From positions 1 to 41,922 of IMG/VR virus record IMGVR_UViG_3300020045_006056: 41,922 nucleotides of DNA, one strand, 5' to 3'. Position 1 is the stretch's first letter. Each line of letters begins with the position of its first letter. Of the stretch, positions 35,532 to 41,922 are shown piece by piece. Origin of the DNA: a virus. Its lineage: Duplodnaviria > Caudoviricetes. The position numbers were made by a program, and so were the translations under genes. The notes under the pieces were generated by a model that did no database searches, had not been told where the DNA came from, and saw only the letters and a program-made list of their open reading frames with translations.

Positions 35532-36293
35532 ATGAATCAACATTCTGGAAGCTCAATATATAGCATTACAAACAAACTGCAGGACATTCCTAAAGCAGAA
35601 AGACCAACAGGTTATTACGTGTACATTCACAGAAAAGCAACAGATGGTACAGCATTCTATGTTGGAAGCGGCAAAGGAAATAGAGCTTGGCGCTTATATA
35701 ACAGAGGCAAGGCTCACCATGAAACATCTGTTTTTAATGGGGTAACTATTGAAATATACAGATCTGGATTAACTAGAGAGCAAGGCTTGGCATTAGAGAT
35801 TGAACTTATTGCTAAAATAGGTATTGAACATTTAGTTAATGTTTCACCTGGAGGAAATAGCGGATCAGCAGGAACAATTGCTCATAACGTAACGCCTGTT
35901 GAGTGCAGTAATGGCATGAGCTTTATTTCAGCAACAGCTGCCTCTGCGTGGCTTCAACAAAACACTCCATATAAAAGGGCCGGAGGAACATCAATAACCG
36001 CTTGTTGCAAAGGAAAGTTAAATTCGGTGTATGGTTTTAATTGGAGGTATGCTGGAAGCGATAAAGATTTGAATTTTACATCTAAATCAGATCTAACAAG
36101 AAAAAGAAGAAGCATTTCTATAATTAGATCTGATGGCACTGAATTTGATTCAGCTATTCAGGCTGCAGCATTTATGCGAGGTCAGGGTGTTATTTCATCA
36201 AAGAATGCAAATGTAGGTATATCAAGTGCATGCAAAACAGGACGCAAAGCTTTCGGATATTTTTGGAGATATAAAGAAAAAGCCCCTGAATGA
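35532..36293 (+). mobile_element. Free-standing homing endonuclease (GIY-YIG-like with NUMOD1-like repeats)
   Basis: YYVYIHRK...FYVGSG...RA, LALE; two F.SA..AA...I..CC.G....YG..WRY repeats; AT-rich; own promoter TAGCAA-17-TATAAT (35466-35494). Confidence 0.8.
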
Positions 36294-36302
36294 GGGGCTT
36301 TA
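36277..36302. terminator. Bidirectional terminator between endonuclease and major capsid gene
   Basis: AAAGCCCCT/AGGGGCTTT stem. Confidence 0.85.
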
Positions 36303-36319
36303 ATTAAACTCATTAACTT

Positions 36320-37375
36320 TTAAGATATGGATCTGGCATATAAAACACCCGAACGACCAGCAGAGTCAGCTTTAATCAGCAGGCCAGCAGCGCCCCAAGT
36401 AACGAAGTTAAACGGGTCGTTGAACATCTGGCGGATCACGGGCTGAGTGTTCACAGCCATACCAGATTGGATCTGAATGTACTGGTCGCTGTTGGCCCAC
36501 GCCAAGAACTGGTTGCCGCTTAACTGAGTGCCGTTGGTTTTGATGATATCAGCTACGCCAGGTAAAGCTTTTAAAGCAGCTAAAGCGCTGGTGAAATTGG
36601 TATCAGTGGTTTTGGTTTTCAGCAGGTTAAACCAAATATCAGCAGACACCGCAAACGTGATTGGGTAATCAACGTTGTTAGCTGAACCCTGCAGTACTTT
36701 CAGTGCGGCCAAAAACACGCGCTCTGCATCTGCGTAAGTGATCGCATCAGATGTCAGGTCGATGTTAAGGCCAGCCGACCCCAGGTTTAAAGCCTGAGTG
36801 TTCGGGCTTGTTTTCATACCAAAAGCTTGACGCTCTTTGTATTTAACGCCTGAAACACCGTTGATCACATGGTTGTTGATTGAGCGAGCCACGGCGCGAA
36901 CGCTGTTGGCCTGGTCATCAGCTAAGCCGTCAAAATCTTCTGATCGCATAGCTTCAACTTCGCGCCATTCACGACCGAAAGCGTCATCGTGGATCAGCAC
37001 TAAAGCACCGTCATAGGTGTAAGCAGCTGCATCCAGTTTATGTGCCTGACGACCTGAAATGGTAGCTTGCGCTGAACCACTGTCAGAAGCCTTTGCATAC
37101 TCTGCGACGATTTTCCCGATTGGCAAAGAGCGTACAGGCAGCAGGTTTACGATGTTAGAGCCTTCATCACCGGCCATGATGCGCTTAATCGTGCGGTCAA
37201 AATCACGGTAAGCGTCCTGCGGCATACGGGCAGCGGCGTTGTACTGCATACCCATTTCTTCGGCGTGGCGAGCTTCGCGCATTGCGTAAGCCTGACGCAT
37301 GTTCAAGATTTGCTGGCGGTGTGCAGCAGCATGAGCGCTGTTAGCCACAATCTTTTTATCTAAATACAATGGCAT
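36320..37375 (-). CDS. Major capsid protein
   Basis: 351 aa, strongly biased codons, SLPIGK, FGREWRE, GLLIKAD..GRSGV; follows scaffold and decoration genes. Confidence 0.88.
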   Translation of the reverse strand: MPLYLDKKIVANSAHAAAHRQQILNMRQAYAMREARHAEEMGMQYNAAARMPQDAYRDFDRTIKRIMAGDEGSNIVNLLPVRSLPIGKIVAEYAKASDSGSAQATISGRQAHKLDAAAYTYDGALVLIHDDAFGREWREVEAMRSEDFDGLADDQANSVRAVARSINNHVINGVSGVKYKERQAFGMKTSPNTQALNLGSAGLNIDLTSDAITYADAERVFLAALKVLQGSANNVDYPITFAVSADIWFNLLKTKTTDTNFTSALAALKALPGVADIIKTNGTQLSGNQFLAWANSDQYIQIQSGMAVNTQPVIRQMFNDPFNFVTWGAAGLLIKADSAGRSGVLYARSIS

Positions 37376-37386
37376 GATCAGCCCCC

Positions 37387-37800
37387 TTATGCGAAGTAAA
37401 CGCGGATTTCAGCGGTAACACCTGAACCGGTGGTTACTGCCTGATCTGCGTAACATAAAATATTGCCAGTGCCGCCCTGAGCAACCAGTTTACCGGTAGC
37501 GTCAGTTTTTAATGGCGCATCCTTTGCGATGGTCTGCGATGCGGCCAAAGTAAGTGCGTAGTATTCGCCTGATTTTGGACGGAAACCCTGAACAGTGTCG
37601 CCGATGGCATAGCTGTCAGTTAGTTCACCTAGCACGTTTCGATCTGCGATATACACAGGCGATACGGCGGCTGCACCAGCTAAAGCAAACTGGCCTGAAG
37701 TTAAAACCATCACGATGCGAGGCGCGATAACGGCTGACGCCAGCGCTTCGGTAACGTCTGGATGTTGCTCGGCTGGGCCGATATAAACTAAATTTGACAT
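37387..37800 (-). CDS. Head decoration/cement protein
   Basis: ATG 37800 with SD AAGGGGG; between scaffold and MCP. Confidence 0.8.
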   Translation of the reverse strand: MSNLVYIGPAEQHPDVTEALASAVIAPRIVMVLTSGQFALAGAAAVSPVYIADRNVLGELTDSYAIGDTVQGFRPKSGEYYALTLAASQTIAKDAPLKTDATGKLVAQGGTGNILCYADQAVTTGSGVTAEIRVYFA

Positions 37801-37810
37801 CGTATCCCCC

Positions 37811-39166
37811 TTAATCTGGTAAGTCAGTGTCGTCAGCTGCAGCATTCGTCTGCATCTGTGCGCCAGCCAAGCCAAAAGCTGATTTTGGTGCTGAAGTCTT
37901 AGCGACCAGATTTTGCAGCGAGTTCACACTCATTGCTTTCTGTTCAGCTTCTGACAGTTCAACGCCGTTTGCTTTCAGTTTTGCAGCCAGATCGGTGCGG
38001 ACACCAGCTTCTGCTGTTTGCTGGTTAGCAACTAAAGCAGCTGTTACAGCTTCCTGAATTAATTTAGTTACCGCTTCGTTCACCACAACGTCACCGGGCT
38101 TGCTCTGCTCGCTAGGTTGGTTTGTGACTTCGGCGGCATTGCCTTTTAGCATCTTGGAATAAGCATTAAAGACTTCTTCGTCAGTCATCTTTTCATCGTA
38201 CTTATTGCCAAGCGCTTTAATCATAGACGCTTTTAAGTCCATGCTTTTGCCCTCTTGGTTGTTTATGGTGGTTTTGTTTTCTTCAGTAGCAGCCTGTGTC
38301 GGCTCCCACTTAGTAACTCGTTTTACTGGCACTGGCTCACCTGTGAATGTCACTGATTTATCAGTAACAGACAAGCCAACGCGCATAATGCCGGAATCCA
38401 TTGACTCAAACACGGCATAATCTTGGCCCCAGTCGGCAAGCCAAACATGCTTGTCATCGTCGCCAAACTGGACGCGCACAGCGTCAGCAATCAGGCTTTC
38501 CATGTCGCGCATTGATTCGTTGATTTTCACGCTATTAACGTGCATCAGTGCGCCGGACTTGCGAATGGTTTTAAAGTGGTGAGTGTTCACCATCATGCCA
38601 ACTCCATCAGCAGGAGTGGCCGCGCCTTCTTCGTCTAACAGAATGGCGTCATGGTCAAACAACATGCCAGATGCAACCCATCCGTACTGTTTGCCATTAA
38701 TCGTGCCTTCCTGATTAACCTGATCCATCAAAATACCGGTACTGGTATGGATCGGCTGACCTGCATCGATAGCCTCAATAATCCGTTTGCCGCGCTCTGT
38801 TTTCATCGCGGTTTCTACGTGAATATGCTTTTCAACGTAAACACGGTGGCCGTAAGTGTCATCTTGAACGCGCTGCACGTTTTTATTGAATATGCCGCAC
38901 TGAAAGTAAAGCACACCGTCAGGACTTGAAGCGCTGATGTAGTTACCCTGTGCATCATAAGGATGACCAGCAGGGGCTGGCGTATCTTCCAGCGTCATAT
39001 AGGATTTAGCGATTTCATCAGCAGGATATAACCCGCCATTCATCACGCAATTATCAGGCAGAGTATAAGACGGAACAACGTACACCAGATCGCCGCGCTC
39101 GTTTTTGATGCGCCGGATTGCTGCGTTGTTTACTCGGTTTTGGATGTAGACTAGCTGCTTAGCCAT
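37811..39166 (-). CDS. Prohead protease/scaffold protein (DUF2213-like)
   Basis: VMNGGLYP..EI, PAGHP, IHTSTG, FDHDAILLDEEGAATP; coiled C-terminus. Confidence 0.85.
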   Translation of the reverse strand: MAKQLVYIQNRVNNAAIRRIKNERGDLVYVVPSYTLPDNCVMNGGLYPADEIAKSYMTLEDTPAPAGHPYDAQGNYISASSPDGVLYFQCGIFNKNVQRVQDDTYGHRVYVEKHIHVETAMKTERGKRIIEAIDAGQPIHTSTGILMDQVNQEGTINGKQYGWVASGMLFDHDAILLDEEGAATPADGVGMMVNTHHFKTIRKSGALMHVNSVKINESMRDMESLIADAVRVQFGDDDKHVWLADWGQDYAVFESMDSGIMRVGLSVTDKSVTFTGEPVPVKRVTKWEPTQAATEENKTTINNQEGKSMDLKASMIKALGNKYDEKMTDEEVFNAYSKMLKGNAAEVTNQPSEQSKPGDVVVNEAVTKLIQEAVTAALVANQQTAEAGVRTDLAAKLKANGVELSEAEQKAMSVNSLQNLVAKTSAPKSAFGLAGAQMQTNAAADDTDLPD

Positions 39167-39192
39167 TTAAAGCCCCTGCGGTTAATGTTGAT

Positions 39193-39267
39193 AGCTTAGT
39201 CTCATTGCTGTTTATGTGTCAAATTATCCTAAATAAAGCTTGCATATTCAGATTATGTGATTAAACT
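39193..39267. promoter_or_regulatory. Divergent promoters (scaffold gene / moron) with operator box
   Basis: Minus TTGACA-18-TAAGCT; plus AAATAAAGCTTG 39231-39242, TTGCAT-16-TAAACT, CAGATTATGTG 39249-39259. Confidence 0.65.
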
Positions 39268-39301
39268 GATTGATACATTTAAGCTGAGCAAAGGTGGGGG
39301 T

Positions 39302-39580
39302 ATGACTTACTCAGAACCGCAAATAAAGGCCATGTGTGTAAATGAGATTGAAGAAAAAGTTAAGCTTCACTTTGGCGTAGATCTTAATGATGATTTAGCC
39401 ATAAAAAACCTTGCTGACCAGCATGGGATTAGTTGTTACATTTTTAAAGGGCTGTGGCGCGCTTCAAAAATGTATTTGTTAAATGAAAACATTGAAGAAG
39501 ATGATTTCTGCAGTAACTCTAAATCAAAAGCCATCGCATCAATGCTTTTAATTTACTGCATCAACCCCCAGCAACAATAA
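39302..39580 (+). CDS. Hypothetical moron protein
   Basis: ATG 39302 with SD; AT-rich; antisense to head operon. Confidence 0.65.
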   Translation: MTYSEPQIKAMCVNEIEEKVKLHFGVDLNDDLAIKNLADQHGISCYIFKGLWRASKMYLLNENIEEDDFCSNSKSKAIASMLLIYCINPQQQ

Positions 39581-40481
39581 AATCCACAAGGCGCTGATCT
39601 TCAGGTGTCATTTTTCTGCCACCGATGACAGTGCCGTCTTTTGCGATTAAGACAGTGTTTTCACTACAGATGCAGTTGATGCGATTTCCCTGCGTCTTTT
39701 GATAAAGCGGCTCCACTTCTTCGACCTGAACTATTTTAAGGTGCAGCTTCGCATGGCTTGGGCGCGTAGTCGGGGCCAGTGCGCTAATGAGCTGTACTCT
39801 TGAATCAAGGCCCAATCTGTCCCTTGCATCTTTAGTTTGGTCTCTGCGTGTATTCCTGTGTGCAGTTCCGAGTTCGGTTCTGGCAATAGTCTCAGCCCGA
39901 CTCATACTAATATCAAACCGCTCAGCCAATCTGCGCTTAACCGCCTCAATCCCACGACCTGCTGCCATTTCTTCGGATAACGTGCGAGCCAAGTCGTTCG
40001 CTGCGTCTCCTGTAAAGCCTCGCATTTCCTCAAATATCCTGGATGCAACGCGCCTGATCCGCTCCTGATAAGGCTGACTCAGCAAAATAGACTGCACCTG
40101 ATACGGCTGCGCCAATCCTGCAGCCTCGGCCAGTACGTTCAAGCGCTCAGCGCCTGCAACGGTTGATTGCCTCACTACCTGCTCAGCCTCAAGCGCGAAA
40201 AACCATCTGACGCGTGGCTCAGGCGTGTCAGTGCCGTACCAGCGGTTGATAATCTCATTGATGACTTTGTAGGGGTCGGTGTCGTTCAGCTCGTACAGAT
40301 ACACGCGCCGATTGGTGATCACCGTTTCGACGATTTCTTTACTAGTGCGAGGTATCGAATCTGCATAGGCTTTTATTTCGCGCAAGGCTTCGCGCTGGCA
40401 TTGGCGCATCCATGCGATTACCTTGCGGCGTGGGCCAGACGTTAGAGTTGGATCTTCTTTGCTGTTAGCGGTTATGCACAT
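39561..40481 (-). CDS. Minor head morphogenesis protein (SPP1 gp7/Mu F-like)
   Basis: RAETIARTE, TTRPSHA, INCIC. Confidence 0.9.
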   Translation of the reverse strand: MCITANSKEDPTLTSGPRRKVIAWMRQCQREALREIKAYADSIPRTSKEIVETVITNRRVYLYELNDTDPYKVINEIINRWYGTDTPEPRVRWFFALEAEQVVRQSTVAGAERLNVLAEAAGLAQPYQVQSILLSQPYQERIRRVASRIFEEMRGFTGDAANDLARTLSEEMAAGRGIEAVKRRLAERFDISMSRAETIARTELGTAHRNTRRDQTKDARDRLGLDSRVQLISALAPTTRPSHAKLHLKIVQVEEVEPLYQKTQGNRINCICSENTVLIAKDGTVIGGRKMTPEDQRLVDFIVAGG

Positions 40482-40520
40482 GGTTTATCTTCCACCTGTT
40501 CAATGCTCAGATGGTAGCAC

Positions 40521-40548
40521 AAAAGAAAAAGCCAGCGTTAGGCTGGCT
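40521..40548 (-). terminator. Terminator of the 40.5-40.9 kb moron
   Basis: AGCCAGC/GCTGGCT stem plus T-run; followed by extended -10 TGcTACCAT for the minor head gene. Confidence 0.75.
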
Positions 40549-40891
40549 GTTTTACCTCTGAAATACTAACTATGTTTGGGAACATCGAGAAAAAACCTGA
40601 TCGCCACCCATATATTTTTGCTTCGTACACTTTACCAACCTTTAAGGACCCCTGCAGATCTGCACTGTTAAACTTTAGCTGCAAAAGAGCATCAGTATTT
40701 TTAAATGTGCCTGCATCTGTGTAGACCAAGTATTTGCATGATGGATTTTCTCCACCGCTACACACCCGCTCTTTATCTTCGACTTTGAAAGTTACAGTAT
40801 CAGCTGTTCCGTATTGGTAAGCCGCACTAACACAAAGCAATATAGAAAATAAGATGCCGTAAACGCAAAGATCTATACTTGACTTGCTCAT
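40538..40891 (-). CDS. Membrane-anchored DUF1523-like protein (moron)
   Basis: ATG 40891 with AGGAG; N-terminal TM; YLVYTD..TFKNTD...KFNSADLQG...YGWR...MFPNI. Confidence 0.75.
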   Translation of the reverse strand: MSKSSIDLCVYGILFSILLCVSAAYQYGTADTVTFKVEDKERVCSGGENPSCKYLVYTDAGTFKNTDALLQLKFNSADLQGSLKVGKVYEAKIYGWRSGFFSMFPNIVSISEVKQPA

Positions 40892-40962
40892 GGTAAAACT
40901 CCTAATTGAAGCCGCATCTCTACGGCAAGCCACTATTGGAGTTAAGGTTCTGGCGTAAACCA

Positions 40963-40991
40963 AATATAGCAACGGCCAGATGATGTGTAAA
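40963..40991 (-). promoter_or_regulatory. Moron promoter with operator box
   Basis: TTTACA-17-TATATT; CAGATGATGTG 40977-40987. Confidence 0.7.
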
Positions 40992-40999
40992 GTTATTTA

Positions 41000-41176
41000 T
41001 TAAAGTGCAGCGCGAACAAGGCAATCTTTCGCCTCTAACAGCTTGCGCAAGCCTGCTGACTTTTCAGTGCCGTCAGGTAATTCTGCATTCATCTTGCGAG
41101 CCAGATCACCGATTGGCTTGCTTACTGCCTGCAATTTTTCCGGTAAATGTTCATAGTCAAAAAACTTCATATTCAT
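41000..41176 (-). CDS. 58-aa helical protein, candidate Acb2/Tad1-like nucleotide sponge
   Basis: MNMKFFDYEHLPEKLQAVSKPIGDLARKMNAELPDGTEKSAGLRKLLEAKDCLVRAAL; ATGA-coupled to portal stop; missing from ORF track; function inferred only. Confidence 0.6.
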   Translation of the reverse strand: MNMKFFDYEHLPEKLQAVSKPIGDLARKMNAELPDGTEKSAGLRKLLEAKDCLVRAAL

Positions 41177-41829
41177 GGTAAATACTCGCTTGTTGGTTTA
41201 TCTTCGGTTACCGTCTCGCCATCCTTAAACGGCTTTTCCACAACCTCGGTCAGAGGCAAATACATCGCTTTTTCGCGCATTTCGTCAGGCGTGAACACCA
41301 ATTGCCCTGTAGCCATCATCATTTTTTGGTTGATGTCTGCCATCTTGGCGATATTCGCAAGGCGCACTTCGTCGCTTGGCTCGCTCAAATCAGTCCATTC
41401 GACCATCAATCCGGTATCGTCAAAATCGCGGCAAACAGTAGCCAGCCAGCGAAGGTCTAGCTTGATTTCTTCACTCAGATAGCCCTCGCGCCGAGACTGC
41501 GCCATTTCTTTGTCGTGACTACTGTCCTTGTCACCTGCAAGCTTGCCTGTCTGATTTCCGATTAAGCCAGCCTGACTAATGCCAGAGCCTGCAGCAATTT
41601 CGCTGATGTCTGCGGCAAAGTAGTCTTTCAGGTCAGGCAAGTCCTGATTCAGCGTTGTAACGTCCATGCCGCCAAGGTAAGGCACCGAGTCAAAACTGGT
41701 GTTCATGTCGCCAATAGCAGTAAGCAATGCGTCCATTTCTTCATCAGTCGGAGCCTGCCCAGCCGTTTCAGCCAGCGCCTTCAATATCGGACGAGCAGCA
41801 CAAATACGCCAAGCGCCTTCACCACCTGC
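41173..41829 (-). CDS. Portal protein, C-terminal part (second allele)
   Basis: Homologous in frame to 1-254; LIGNQTGKLAGDKD, VEWTDL, FTPDEMR. Confidence 0.9.
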   Translation of the reverse strand, partial: AGGEGAWRICAARPILKALAETAGQAPTDEEMDALLTAIGDMNTSFDSVPYLGGMDVTTLNQDLPDLKDYFAADISEIAAGSGISQAGLIGNQTGKLAGDKDSSHDKEMAQSRREGYLSEEIKLDLRWLATVCRDFDDTGLMVEWTDLSEPSDEVRLANIAKMADINQKMMMATGQLVFTPDEMREKAMYLPLTEVVEKPFKDGETVTEDKPTSEYLP

Positions 41830-41922
41830 CTTTGGCTGAAAGGCTTGCCGCTGCTTGCTGAAACAAATAACGTCAAGGCAGAAATGATGTTACTGCCAGA
41901 CAATGAGCGCCAGAGGCTGCAC
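41822..41922 (+). repeat. Exact inverted copy of 1126-1226 (probable chimeric contig end)
   Basis: 101 bp reverse-complement identity by direct reading. Confidence 0.9.

Noticed and set aside
35443-36319. Group I intron around the endonuclease
   Set aside because: Endonuclease is intergenic and antisense, flanking genes are intact, and there is no room for a ribozyme core
1-41922. Stop-codon reassignment; integrase/att site; many antisense ORFs in the track
   Set aside because: Core genes are full length in the standard code; no recombinase motifs recognised; antisense ORFs overlap well-supported genes and lack SD sites

Overview
The window is an apparently complete, circularly permuted genome (unit length about 41.6 kb) of a tailed siphovirus-type phage of a Gram-negative host; the embedded lipoprotein o-spanin and sigma70-like promoters point to such a host. 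It is opened inside the portal gene. The minus strand carries terS, terL, portal, minor head, scaffold/protease, decoration and major capsid genes, then head-tail and tail genes, tape measure, tail tip, receptor-binding protein, endolysin, holin and Rz/Rz1. The plus strand (7.1-20.9 kb) carries a Cro-like HTH gene, replication initiator, DnaB, RecE/Bet recombination genes, Nmad5, a PapB-like gene, SPFH, a Dam-like gene and many small ORFs. I recognised no integrase, partition system, CI-type repressor, tRNA or CRISPR array. Many single-gene morons with their own promoters interrupt the structural region. Main leads: (i) an 11-bp pseudo-palindrome CASAT-N-ATSTG recurring in promoters of dispersed morons and early operons, suggesting a genome-wide regulon; (ii) an uncalled 58-aa ORF coupled to the portal stop that resembles Acb2/Tad1-type nucleotide sponges; (iii) a roughly 190-nt multi-hairpin leader RNA in front of the head-completion genes; (iv) a promoter-in-hairpin translational switch before the tail operon; (v) contig ends that are two diverged portal alleles (about 77% nt identity by manual count) plus a 101-bp inverted chimeric tail. 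All family assignments come from motif recognition by eye, not from database searches.
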